Shown here: positions 1-10,830 of the stretch, in pieces
Layout of the letters: each line of letters begins with the position of its first letter
How positions within the stretch are numbered: the stretch's first letter is position 1
NCBI GenBank assembly: GCA_963758525.1
Contig: CAVWVQ010000003.1
Location: 4,288,001-4,352,000, forward strand
From: an uncultured Phycisphaerales bacterium
GTDB taxonomy: Bacteria; Planctomycetota; Phycisphaerae; Tepidisphaerales; Tepidisphaeraceae
Length of the DNA stretch: 64,000 bases
Reading direction: 5' to 3'
Notes under the pieces: generated by a model
The model's database searches: none
What the model saw: only the letters and a program-made list of their open reading frames with translations
Told to the model about the DNA's origin: nothing
Made by a program: the position numbers and the translations under genes

Positions 1-1582
1 GTGCAGAATATTTACAGCCAGGTGCTGAACCTGGCGAACACGAATTTCGGCGGCTCGTTTATCTTCGGCGGGGATAAAAACACGACCGCTCCGTTCGTCT
101 CCGCACAGGGAGGCGTGCAATACGTCGGATCGACGACAGTCCTGCAAAACGCCGCGGCCGACAGCACGCTTCTTCCTTTGCAGGTTAGCGCTGCCACCAC
201 GTTCGGAGCGCTCTCGTCGCAAGTGCAGGGGACTGCCGACCTGACGCCGACCGTCGACACGGCGACCCGGATCATCGATCTGGGGGGAACCGGCGGATCG
301 GGAGTGCAGCTCGGGGAGATTCAGATCGGGAACGGCGTCACCAGCAAGATCGTCGACCTCAGCGGCGCCGACAGCCTTGGTGACGTGATCAACGACATCA
401 ATTCGGCAGCGGTCGGCGGCATTACCGCGTCAATCAATACTGCTGGGACCGGAATCACTCTTAGCACCAGCGGGGCGGACAACATTACCGTGAAAGATGT
501 CGGCGGCGGAACCACCGCTGCGGATCTGGGCATCGGGCAGGCCGCGGGCGCCGGACCGGGAATTTCCGTCGTCGGCACCAGCGTGAACGCGAAGGTAACC
601 GGCCTGACGACGCTGGCCTCGCTGCGCGGAGGCGCGGGCATCGATCAAACGCACGGCCTGACGATCACCAACGGCACAAAAACCGCCACCATCGACCTGT
701 CGTCGGCGCAAACAGTCGAAGACCTGCTGAACGCCATCAACGGCTCCGGGACCGGCGTCGTTGCGAGCATCAATTCTGCGGGGACGGGAATCAATATCGT
801 CAACTCGATTCAAGGCACGCAGATGACCATTGCTGAGAACGGCGGGACCACCGCCGCCGATCTGGGCGTGCGCAGCTACAACCCCGCGACCCCGCTTTCG
901 CAGCTCAACGGCGGAAAGGGCGTGCAAACCGTCGCCGGCGGCGACTTCCAGGTCACGCGCACCGACGGGACGAACTTCAGCGTCTCCCTCACCGGCGCAG
1001 ACGGTTCAGGACGTGATCAGCGCCATTAATCTTGCGTCGGGCGGAACCGCAACCGCCGGCGTTGGAGTCAACGCGTCGTTCGCGACCACCGGCAACGGGA
1101 TCGTCCTGACCGACAGCGTCGGGGGAGGCGCATCGCTCACCATCACCCCGCTCAACGATTCAACCGCGGCTGCCGATCTGGGTCTGACGGCGGCCGCCAC
1201 CTCCGGGGGAACTGCCATCGTCGGGATCGACGCCAACCCGGTCGAGACATCCGGAATCTTTTCCGACCTGGCGAATCTGCGCAACGCGCTGAATTCAAGC
1301 AATCAGCAGGCGATTACTGCCGCGGGCGCGGCATTGCAGAATGATTACAACCAGATCGTCACCGCCCGCGGCGCCAACAGCGCGCAGCTGCAGGCAGTCT
1401 CTTCCCGGCAGGGCAACATCACTGACGAGAACCTCGCGACCACCACACTGCTCTCTTCCCTGCAGGATGCGGACTACACCACCGCGGTGACCCAGTTTCA
1501 GACGATCCAGACTTCGCTTCAGGCAACGCTGCTGACGACGTCAAAGGTGCTCAGTCTCTCGCTGCTGAATTTTCTTTCGTAG
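1..1582 (+). CDS. flgL: Flagellar hook-associated protein 3 (5'-truncated by window edge; frameshift near 1000)
   Basis: N-terminal ANT..G.FIFGG motif and C-terminal DADYTTAVTQFQ..SLQATL..LSLLNFLS typical of FlgL; split over ORFs 1..1029 and 830..1582; lies upstream of fliW-csrA. Confidence 0.85.
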
Positions 1583-1856
1583 TGGAACGGGCTTTGCAAA
1601 TGAGGGACGATGTCTGCATTGCGATGATATAGGACGCATTCAAATGCAGATCGCGCAGCAAAAGATGCGCACGCCGGCAAGTCCGGCGCTCAGGACGCGG
1701 AGAAATGCAGAGTTGAGGGCGGCGGAGGATCCGCCGTGGGTGGAAGAAAGATGCACCGCACCGGGCAGGATGCCCCTGCGGGTTCAGTGCCCGTACCGGA
1801 TGGAACCGGAGGGTTTTAGACCGCGGCGACGAGCCGCAGCGACAAACGGAGTTCGC

Positions 1857-2306
1857 ATGGAGATCCAGACAACGCGTTTCGGACAGCTCTCGGTGGAAGA
1901 TGAACGGATCATGAGCCTGCCCAGCGGGCTGCTCGGATTCCCCAATCAAAACCGCTTCGCGCTGATTCAGACCGGAACGGAAAACTATTTCTTCTGGCTG
2001 CAGTCGCTCGACGACCCGAACCTCGCGTTCGTCGTCACCGACCCGACCATCTTCTTCAAGGACTACGACGTGCCGGTCCGCGAGGAGACGCAGCAGGAGC
2101 TGCAACTCACCGATCCCTCCTTCCTCCAGGTCTTTGTGATCTGCAACAAGGTCGGGGACTGGCTCACGGGAAATCTGCTCGGGCCGATCGTCGTCAACGC
2201 GGAAAACCGCCTGGCACAGCAGGTCGTTCTCACCGAGAAGAAGTGGACGACCCGCCAGCCTCTGCTCCGCCTCGCGGCGGAGCTGCCGTTGGCCAAATCT
2301 GCATAG
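1857..2306 (+). CDS. fliW: Flagellar assembly factor FliW (CsrA antagonist)
   Basis: MEIQTTRFG..GLLGFP..FFWLQS..LAFVVTDP..NLLGPIVVN signature; synteny with csrA and flagellin. Confidence 0.95.
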   Translation: MEIQTTRFGQLSVEDERIMSLPSGLLGFPNQNRFALIQTGTENYFFWLQSLDDPNLAFVVTDPTIFFKDYDVPVREETQQELQLTDPSFLQVFVICNKVGDWLTGNLLGPIVVNAENRLAQQVVLTEKKWTTRQPLLRLAAELPLAKSA

Positions 2307-2551
2307 GCTGCAGAGCGAATCACCGGGAGACGGCCCATCCTCCCGGCCTGCCCGCGCCGCACGCAATCCGTGCCGGCGGCGGCGCGGGATTTGTGCGAGG
2401 GCCGCGTCCACCAGGCTCTGTTGTTTCTTTGAGCCCGGTGGCGCCCCGCGAAACGGAAGTCGCGGGAACAAGGGCACGCGCCGCAATGCAGGCGCGGCCC
2501 GCGGGTTCGAGGGACGTTCCTCGAACCCCTTACCCAGGAAGGAGCCAGACA

Positions 2552-2803
2552 ATGTTAGTGCTCTCCAGGCAACGGGACGAGACAATCATGATCGGGGACA
2601 ACATCGAGGTCACCGTGGTCGATATCCGCGGCGACAAGGTGCGGCTGGGGATCAACGCCCCCAAGGAAATCAGTGTCCATCGCAAGGAAGTGTACGACGC
2701 CATCCGGCGCGAGAATCGCGCCGCGGCCCAGGTGAAGCCCGAGGACCTCTCCGGGCTCGGCAAGATGATGCCCAAGCCGCCGGACAAGGATCAGAAAAGG
2801 TGA
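2552..2803 (+). CDS. csrA: Carbon storage regulator CsrA
   Basis: MLVLSRQRDETIMIGDNIEVTVVDIRGDKVRLGINAPKEISVHRKEVY; SD AGGAAGGAG upstream. Confidence 0.97.
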   Translation: MLVLSRQRDETIMIGDNIEVTVVDIRGDKVRLGINAPKEISVHRKEVYDAIRRENRAAAQVKPEDLSGLGKMMPKPPDKDQKR

Positions 2804-2945
2804 CACTCACGTGAGTGTCCGCGTCAGAAGAGTGATTCGGAACCATTTGTAAGCAAATTCGCCGTTTTTTCCGGGCCCCCGGATCGGGGCTCCTGCCGCC
2901 CGGGCATGTCGCCCGGGACGCCATTATCAATCATGGAGGATTGCT

Positions 2946-4376
2946 ATGGCCCGTATTAATACCAACGTCGCCTCTCTTATCGCCCAGCGCGGGCTGGCGC
3001 AGTCGCAAGGCGCTCTCAACACGTCGCTGCAACGCCTTTCGACAGGACTGAAGATCAACAGCGGCGCGGACGATCCCGCCGGGTTGATCGCCAGTGAAGG
3101 GCTGCGCAGCGAGATCTCTGGAATCAACCAGGGCATCAGCAACTCGCAGCAGGCCAGCAACGTCATCTCAACTGCCGAGGGCGCGCTGGGCGAGGTCGCC
3201 AATCTGCTGCTGACCGTAAAGGGGCTGGTCGTCCAGGCCGCCAACAGCGGCGCGCTCTCTCCGGACGAAATCGCCGCCAACCAATTGCAGGTCGACTCGG
3301 CCGTCCAGAGCATCACCCGCATCAGCAACACGACCACGTTCGCGGGGCTGCAGCTCATCAACGGCAACCTGGGCTACGTCACCAGCGGCGTCGACAACAC
3401 CAAGATCGACGCGCTGAACATCTCCCAGGCCGACTTCGGCACCAACTCAACGGTGCCCGTTGACGTCAACGTCCTCACCAGCGCGCGCACCGCCGCGCTG
3501 GAATACACCGCCAGCAGCGTCCCGACCTCCGTGACCCTGCAGGTCAGCGGAAACCTCGGAACCCAAACGCTGACGTTCACCAGCGGGACCACCGCCTCGG
3601 CAATCGCGTATGCCGTCAACAGCATCAGCGATTCAACTGGAGTCGCGGCAAAGCTTACCCAGGCCGGCTCCGTTGCTTCGGGTCTGACCTTCACCAGCAC
3701 CGATTTCGGGTCGAAGAATTTCGTCTCCGTCACGGCGCAGAAGGGGACTTTCAACACGGTTGACACTTCCGGCAATGCCAAGACAAGAGTTGTGGGTCAG
3801 GACGCGGTGGCCACCATCAACGGCGCGTTGACGACCGGCGATGGTCTGGACCTCAAGGTCAACACCAACGCCCTGGACCTGGACCTCACGCTCGACAAGT
3901 CGATCGGAATCGGCAAGACGAGCTTCGCCATCACCGGCGGCGGCGCGCTCTTCCAGCTTGGGCCGCAGGTGAGCAGCGGGCAGCAGGTCAGCATCGGCAT
4001 CCAATCCGTTGCCGCCAGCCAGCTCGGCAATTCGACGGTGGGATACCTCAACGACATCGTCACCGGCGGCGGCTCGACGCTCGTCGGCGGCCAGTCCGGG
4101 AAGGCCAGTCAGATCATCGAGCAGGCCATCACGCAGGTTGCCGATATTCGCGGACGCCTCGGCGCCTTCGAGGCAGACACGTTGAACACCAACGTCAACT
4201 CTCTGAACGTCGCGTTGGAGAACGTCACCAGCAGCGAAAGCCAGATTCGCGACGCGGATTTCGCCGCTGAAACGTCGAACCTGACCCGCGCTCAGATCCT
4301 GACCCAGGCCGGCACCAGCGTTCTAGCCACGGCGAACAGCACGCCGCAGCAAGTGTTGTCGTTGTTGCCGCATTAG
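2946..4376 (+). CDS. fliC: Flagellin 1
   Basis: MARINTNVASL..RLSTGLKINSGADDPAG and C-terminal IRDADFAAETSNLTRAQIL. Confidence 0.97.
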   Translation: MARINTNVASLIAQRGLAQSQGALNTSLQRLSTGLKINSGADDPAGLIASEGLRSEISGINQGISNSQQASNVISTAEGALGEVANLLLTVKGLVVQAANSGALSPDEIAANQLQVDSAVQSITRISNTTTFAGLQLINGNLGYVTSGVDNTKIDALNISQADFGTNSTVPVDVNVLTSARTAALEYTASSVPTSVTLQVSGNLGTQTLTFTSGTTASAIAYAVNSISDSTGVAAKLTQAGSVASGLTFTSTDFGSKNFVSVTAQKGTFNTVDTSGNAKTRVVGQDAVATINGALTTGDGLDLKVNTNALDLDLTLDKSIGIGKTSFAITGGGALFQLGPQVSSGQQVSIGIQSVAASQLGNSTVGYLNDIVTGGGSTLVGGQSGKASQIIEQAITQVADIRGRLGAFEADTLNTNVNSLNVALENVTSSESQIRDADFAAETSNLTRAQILTQAGTSVLATANSTPQQVLSLLPH

Positions 4377-4557
4377 GCGCCAAACTAGAGGACGGCGCGC
4401 TTCACCGGTACTCCTGCGGAGGAGGGGAGCCATTGATCTTACGGTGACGGTACGCCTCGAATACGATGAGGCGCCACGATCGCGGGCGGGACGATGTCGG
4501 GCACGACGCGGTAGCTGCTATTTAGGCACGACTCAAGGTCGTGATCGCACCTGGCAG

Positions 4558-5175
4558 GCTGTTAAGGTGACATCCATCTTTCTTGACGATGCTCATCCGC
4601 TGGATATATCATGCGACCATGCCCCGCACTTCTCGAGCAGCGATCGGCGGTCTGGCTTATCACGTTCTCAACTGCGGCAACGGCCGGCTGGAGATCTGGC
4701 GAGATACTTCGCCTGGCTGACCATCACGCACCTCAAGCGTTACCGTGCTCATTACCGTCGGACCAGCGGCCATCTGTATCAGGGCCGCTACAAGAGCTTT
4801 GTCGTCCCGGAGGACGGGCATTTGCTGACGCTGCTGCGTTGTGTGGAAGCCAATCCGTTGCGGGCGAAGATGCTGGAGCGGGCGCAGGACTGGCACTGGT
4901 GCAGCCTGGGCTGCGAGAAAGAGCTGGCACGAAAGCTGCTCGACGATTGGCCGATCAACCGTCCCCGGAACTGGACGGCGCTGGTCAACGAGCCGATCGA
5001 TCCCGCCGCTGCGAAACCGGTGGCGCTCAGCTTCGAGCGTGGCCGGCCGCTGGGCAGCGATCCTCGGACGCTTAAAATGGCCGGCCGAATGGGCCTGCAG
5101 CACACTCTGAATCCGCGAGGCAGGCCAAAATTGCGGAACGGTGACAAATAAAACGATGGATGTCACCTTAACAGC
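4558..5175 (+). mobile_element. RAYT-like Y1 transposase element, copy 1 (internal 139-bp deletion, non-autonomous)
   Basis: 21-bp perfect TIR GCTGTTAAGGTGACATCCATC / GATGGATGTCACCTTAACAGC; near-identical to 10074..10830 but lacks the segment between two GATCT microhomologies that encodes the HUH motif. Confidence 0.9.
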
Positions 5176-6227
5176 TTCCCCATGTTGGGGAATCGTTTCG
5201 GATCGGGCTGGATTGCGTTCAACGGTCCGCCCCGCGCACCCTGCCAGGCATCATCGATATTGATGTAAGTCCATCCGTGATTCGCCAGCCCCGAGTCTGC
5301 CATCGCGTGCGCGGATCGCAGAATCTTGCTCTGATCGACGTTGCCGCCCCAGCAATTCCAACTGTTCCATCCCATCGGCGGCGTGAGTGCGATCTGCTCG
5401 CCGGCCACGATCTTGAATTTCAACTCCGCCGCCCCGTTTGCATTGGTGGCGCGAAAGGTGACGGGAAATTCGCCTGCGCTCGCCAGAGCGCCGCTCACCT
5501 GCCCGGTAGTTGCGTCGACGCGGAGGCCCGCCGGAAGGCTGTCACCAGAGAATGTCATTGGGCGATCGCCGGTTGCGGGGATCGTGTAGAGAAACGGGTG
5601 AGCGGGCCGCACCCCGAAGAGCGTCGGCCCATTGATTCGAGGCGTCCGCGGAGGCGGAGGGGTGAGGATGTTCAACGTCGATCCGGGTGGATCGACCGCG
5701 ACCGGCCGCGTTCCGTCGAACTCAATCTTCGCATCGGCCCAGTCGGCGTGGCAGAATTGGTTGCCGTCTCCAACGAGTGCAACGAGCAGCGTCAGAGCCT
5801 TCACTCCCGACAGATTGACGTCCGCTTCTTCGGCGGGCATCCCGGCAACGAACGCCTTGCTCTGCCAAAGCAGCTTGCCGTCGCCAACGACCTGAAATTG
5901 AACTGCGTCAGACGTTTTGCCCGCATCGTCGTCGATCCCGACCCAAGCCGTCAGTCCCTTCGCGGACCCCGCGAGATCGACGCAAAAAATGCCGGCCGCG
6001 TGCGTGCCCACGCCATGATCGAAATGTTTTCCGGCAATGGAAAGCGGGTGTCCGTCGACCGAGCGGTCCGCTTGAGCCGCGCCCCAGTCCTGTTGAACCT
6101 TGTGCAGATCAAGTTCGTCGAGCCAAACGGAATCAGAGGCGCCCATCGCCGTTGAACACAGCAGCGACATCGCAAGAAGCACGACGGGGAAACACTTTCC
6201 ACGAATCATTGATGGAGACATTACCAC
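5163..6227 (-). pseudogene. NPCBM/NEW2 + Ig-like + GH27 alpha-galactosidase, 3'-truncated at the element TIR
   Basis: GVGTHA NPCBM motif, then ALTPPMGWNSWN and YINIDDAWQG (GH27); the stop codon lies inside the TIR. Confidence 0.85.
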
Positions 6228-6430
6228 GGACCACTTGCTACTTCCCGGATAAGGATGCGTTGCACGCTGGAAACTGCGGCGGGGAGATCTGCGCGAATTT
6301 CCACGGCACCTTCTCGCTTATTCCTCGACCGAATTCGATTTAGAGATCCAACGCCAGGGCGGAAAGATAGACGTCGCAGCCGGGATTTGCCGGGACGGAA
6401 TCCCTGGACCTGCTGAGTTCCTGCTGGTCC

Positions 6431-7360
6431 TTACGGTTTCGAGCCCGAGGGTACGTTGCCAAGATTCGGATTCATCATTCTGGCATTTTCCAAGTCCTCC
6501 TGATCGTGCTTCAACTTCGCGTCTGCGTCAGCTGCTTGATCGTGCTGAACCCACACAATCGAAGCCGGCACCGCAATCAGCAGTGCGACCAGCGCGATCC
6601 ACCACCATAAGCGCGTTCTGACAAACAGCGCATCGGGACGGCCCAGAATGCGATCGCCAATAAGCACCCCGGCCATATGCACAATCACGACCGCCAGCAT
6701 CGAGACGGTCAACAGCGTTACGCTGTAAGCGGCCACGTCCACTCCCATGCCGCGCATGACGACGGCCGTGAGGATAAAAACACCCCAGAACGCGAGAATC
6801 AGAAGTCCCTTGGCAAGCGGCCCGACAAAAACCCCTTGCCATTTTTGCAGGTTGGACATTCGGCCGACTGATTCCGTGGCAATCGCGCCTTTGGGGAAGA
6901 GAATCTCGCAGGAATTGGGGTTTGCCGGGTCGTATATGACCGGAACCTGTTTGGTCCCCATCACCCTTCGAAGCAGTACTTCCGGGGTGTCACGCTTGAC
7001 CTTGTAGGTGAGCGGCCCGACTTGAAACGAATACGTGACGGGGCGAATGTCATGATTGGAAGCTGCACTGATTTTTACGATAGTCGCGATCGTCCGGACG
7101 CCGGTGCTTGAGAGTTTCCTGATCTTGGCGATCGCCAGCCAGATCAGGACGGGACCGGCGACGGTAACAACCAGCCCGAGCCAGAAATACGCCTGGGCCT
7201 TTCCCTCACTGGGTTGCGGGTCGGTTCCGAGCAGGTCGTGGTGAAACGCCGTCACGGCGATGAGCGGCACCCACGAAAGCGCCATCATGGCGGCAATGCC
7301 ATAGACCTTCCCAAGCAGTTTTCTCTTCAGCTCCGCCGAAGTGCCCACCTTTTCAATCAT
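6431..7360 (-). CDS. Membrane protein (DUF3592-like)
   Basis: Several hydrophobic helices and the V.YDPANP motif. Confidence 0.6.
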   Translation of the reverse strand: MIEKVGTSAELKRKLLGKVYGIAAMMALSWVPLIAVTAFHHDLLGTDPQPSEGKAQAYFWLGLVVTVAGPVLIWLAIAKIRKLSSTGVRTIATIVKISAASNHDIRPVTYSFQVGPLTYKVKRDTPEVLLRRVMGTKQVPVIYDPANPNSCEILFPKGAIATESVGRMSNLQKWQGVFVGPLAKGLLILAFWGVFILTAVVMRGMGVDVAAYSVTLLTVSMLAVVIVHMAGVLIGDRILGRPDALFVRTRLWWWIALVALLIAVPASIVWVQHDQAADADAKLKHDQEDLENARMMNPNLGNVPSGSKP

Positions 7361-8249
7361 CGGAGGATAGTAATTTTCTTCTGACGCCTGGTCAATTGGA
7401 TCCTCCGATATCGTCGGAGATGGCACGTCGATCGGCGGGCGTTACTGTAGAAATTACGCTAAGGCGGGTCGATCAAAATCCGGGAATCATTGATAAAGTG
7501 ATGGATCGACAGAAAGTGACGGTGCGCTCTGAGCAGTTCAACGCGTATTTTCAGAGGCGACTGGTTCGCCTGAAAACTGACTCGTGAGCTGCGAAGGGAG
7601 ACTCTGACGACGTTGCAGCCGTCCCCGCCGCTTAACGTTCCGAGCGAACATGGCGTCTGCGCCGCCCAGGATCAAAGGCGAGGTGATCCGCCGTACGCTT
7701 CCGGGGAACTCCTGCCGTGGGCGCCTGTTCCTGCGGTGCGGAAATTGCCATCGGCGGCCGACGCCGCGGGCATCGCGCGTTGAGGCCCGAAAGCACGCCA
7801 GATGCCGCTGTCGCGATCGACGCCAGTGGCGAAGGATGGCAAATCGCCCAGATGAGCGATGCCGCCAGAAGGATGTCAATAATCAAATTATTGCGACGCA
7901 TCGCGAGCCCCCGATCAGCGAGGTCGATTCGGTGCGCGATAACGGCGGACCATAATGCTCAATGCGGAGATGTCCCCAACGACAAAAAAACCGAGATACG
8001 ACTGCGCATGAAGTGCCACCGCGACCGGCAACAGCGCGATCGGCAACAATGCAAAAAAGATGCCGAGGTACAAAGCGTAGACCCTTGAATGCATATTAGA
8101 TCTCCATCGAAGTGACGTTGGTTTGATGCACCGGATTCGTCGGCGATTACTATTCAATCTACACCTCACTGGGGGCGCAACAATGGGGGAGATACATGAA
8201 ACGGCTGTCGGAGAAATCCCGAAAATAAGGCCCCCAAAGCGGACCGCCT

Positions 8250-8942
8250 CTATTCTCTGGTAGCGGGCGTTTCGCCACCGGCATATTGACTATATTGAAT
8301 AGCAACTTTCAGCAGGTCCCATCTGTCGTTGAGCCGAAGCTTTTTCTTGATCCGGGCTCGATACGTTTCGGCCGTCTTGAGACTCAGGAACATCGAGTCG
8401 GCAATCTCCTGAAGACTCATTCCTTGACCAATGCGGCAAAAAACATGCAGCTCTCGATCGCTGAGGCGTTCGGCAACCGGAACAGGACCGAGCGAGCGAT
8501 TTCCCGCTATGCGGTTCACGAGTCGGTCACTGATCGCAGCGCTGACGTGGACAATCCCGCTGTTGACGCGTCGAATTGCCTCGTGCAATTCGGGCGTCGT
8601 CGCCCGTTTCGTGAGATATCCGCTGGCGCCAGCACGTACAACTCGCTCGGCGTACACCAACTCGTTCAAATCTGAGAGAACCAACACACGTGCCTTGGGA
8701 AAATTGGCACACACTTCTCCCAAAACCTCGATGCCATCCTGCCATTCAAAGTTAATGTCCATGAGGATGACTGAGGGTACGCACGATCCAACGACCGTCC
8801 GGGCCTCTTGCAGCGTGGCAACGGCCCCGCAAACATGTGCGCCCAACTCCGCGTGTAGAGAATGAGCTAGCGCGTCTCGAAAGATAAGGTGATCATCGAG
8901 CAACATGAGTTGAATCGTCGGTGATGAACGGTACGGTTCCAT
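8250..8942 (-). CDS. NarL/FixJ-family response regulator
   Basis: Receiver (LLDDH..ILMDI..GYLTK) plus LuxR HTH (LSDRELHV..IA..LSLKTAETYR). Confidence 0.9.
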   Translation of the reverse strand: MEPYRSSPTIQLMLLDDHLIFRDALAHSLHAELGAHVCGAVATLQEARTVVGSCVPSVILMDINFEWQDGIEVLGEVCANFPKARVLVLSDLNELVYAERVVRAGASGYLTKRATTPELHEAIRRVNSGIVHVSAAISDRLVNRIAGNRSLGPVPVAERLSDRELHVFCRIGQGMSLQEIADSMFLSLKTAETYRARIKKKLRLNDRWDLLKVAIQYSQYAGGETPATRE

Positions 8943-9524
8943 TTTCAGTCAAGTGAAATGTTCTCGACTTAGCACACCACTGAACTGTCACCCAAGTGAT
9001 TCTTAGCTTTTGGCTCGATTCAACCCCGGACGATAGTAATGGCCGTTTGTATAACCATGGATCCGCGACGATCTTGGATTTGGGCTGCGGTACGTGACCC
9101 GGTCATTCTGAAGTATGCGGCGAGCCCATTCGGGCAAGAATCCTTCCCGCGAAAAAGTCCAGGCCGCCCGTCAGACTGCCTGCCAGCCCGGTCCCAATAA
9201 GATTCGCTCGAAGTGAAGTCCCCAGGAGCTGCATCATCCAAGGCATTGGTCCATCCCCACACCGAACGGTGATGCATAACCTGCGTTTCGCCAAGCCCTG
9301 CTGGCACCCCTGCGCCAACGTACCGTATAGGCGTACGCATTGTGAAGATTCTGTTTCCGTTCTGCAATAGTAACGGGCCTGAAATAGTTGTCCGAAGAAC
9401 TTCGCAAAGGGTTGTGGGGGTCTGCCACTACAGGCACGTTTCTCGCGTAACGGTGTTTGGCGAAGCCCGGGTAAGAGAAGCGATGGCAAACGTGTGGCTT
9501 GACTTGACTAGTCCTTAAACAAGC

Positions 9525-9643
9525 GGGAGAACTAAAGGTGACGGGAGAACTAAAGGTGACGCGAACCTTTAGTTCTCCCAACAATCTTCAAGATCTTACG
9601 ACCTTTCTAAAGGGGAGAACTAAAGCTGACGCGGGAGAACTAA
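9525..9643. repeat. Cluster of GGGAGAACTAAAGGTGAC repeats with one inverted copy
   Basis: Direct copies start at 9525, 9543, 9613 and 9633; 9543..9579 forms a 15-bp-stem hairpin. Confidence 0.85.
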
Positions 9644-10070
9644 GGGACTGTAACAAAATAACTTAAACAATTGGTCTGCAATTTGCATGGCTATGGACGG
9701 TACGTACACGGAGGTGCGTAACGTGAGCATCACGGTTCAATTCAAGTATGATACACTGGCCGGTGCGATGAACGAACAGTTTCGACGGCGTTGGGCTGGC
9801 TGCGAGGCACTTGCAATGGGCCGGGGCGGCGTCAGTATCGTCGCGGCGGAGACAGGGATGTCGCGTAATACTGTTCTGCGGGGGATCGCGGAGATTCAGG
9901 AACATTTGCCGGAGTTGGCTGGCCGGATTGGCCAGGGACGCATTCGACGGCCCGGAGGCGGTCGTCGGACGCGCGCCACCGAGGATGCTTCGCTGCTGCC
10001 CGACTTGCAGGCTCTGCTGGAATCTTCGACGCGTGGCGATCCGACCAGTCCCTTGCTGTGGACCGCCAAG
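9644..10070 (+). mobile_element. ISAzo13-family IS, left end plus truncated transposase
   Basis: End GGGACTGTAACAAAATAAC; ORF with RRRWAG.EA..GRGG..GRIRRPGGGR..RGDP.SPLLWT.K; cut by the RAYT-like element. Confidence 0.8.
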
Positions 10071-10073
10071 GAG

Positions 10074-10830
10074 GCTGTTAAGGTGACATCCATCTTTCTT
10101 GACGATGCTCATCCGCTGGATATATCATGCGACCATGCCCCGCACTTCTCGAGCAGCGATCGGCGGTCTGGTTTATCACGTTCTCAACCGCGGCAACGGC
10201 CGGCTGGAGATCTTCCGCAAGCCGGGGGACTTCCTGGCGTTCCTCGATTTGATGGTCGACGCCAAGGAACGGGCGGAGATCGAAGTCTTCGGCTTCTGCC
10301 TGATGTCCAACCACTGGCACATGGTGGTGCGGCCGCGTCGGGATCAGGATCTGGCCAGGTACTTCTCCTGGCTGACCAACACGCACGTCAAGCGTTACCG
10401 TGCTCACTACCGGCGGACCAGCGGCCATCTGTATCAGGGCCGCTACAAAAGCTTTGTCGTCCAGGAGGACGGGCATTTGCTGACGCTGCTGCGTTATGTG
10501 GAAGCCAATCCGTTGCGGGCGAAGATGGTGGAGCGGGCGCAGGACTGGCACTGGTCCAGCCTCGGCTGCGAGAAAGAGCTGGCGCGAAAGCTGCTGGACG
10601 ATTGGCCGATCGACCGTCCCCGGAACTGGACGGCGCTGGTCAACGAGCCGATCGATCCCGCCGCTGTGAAACGAATGGCACTCAGCTTCGAGCGTGGCCG
10701 GCCGCTGGGCAGCGATCCTTGGACGCTTAAAATGGCCGGCCGAATGGGCCTGCAGCACACTCTGAATCCGCGAGGCAGGCCAAAATTGCGGAACGGTGAC
10801 AAATAAAACGATGGATGTCACCTTAACAGC
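10074..10830 (+). mobile_element. RAYT-like Y1 transposase element, copy 2 (intact, 757 bp)
   Basis: Same 21-bp TIRs tightly enclosing a promoter and the transposase. Confidence 0.9.
10135..10806 (+). CDS. HUH Y1 (REP-associated tyrosine-like) transposase
   Basis: YHVLNRGN, CLMSNHWHMV (HUH), GHLYQGRYKS, RYVEANPLRA, W.WSS. Confidence 0.92.
   Translation: MPRTSRAAIGGLVYHVLNRGNGRLEIFRKPGDFLAFLDLMVDAKERAEIEVFGFCLMSNHWHMVVRPRRDQDLARYFSWLTNTHVKRYRAHYRRTSGHLYQGRYKSFVVQEDGHLLTLLRYVEANPLRAKMVERAQDWHWSSLGCEKELARKLLDDWPIDRPRNWTALVNEPIDPAAVKRMALSFERGRPLGSDPWTLKMAGRMGLQHTLNPRGRPKLRNGDK

Noticed and set aside
7588..8169. Short membrane-protein ORFs
   Set aside because: Fragmented and without a recognisable family; possibly a decayed gene, not called.
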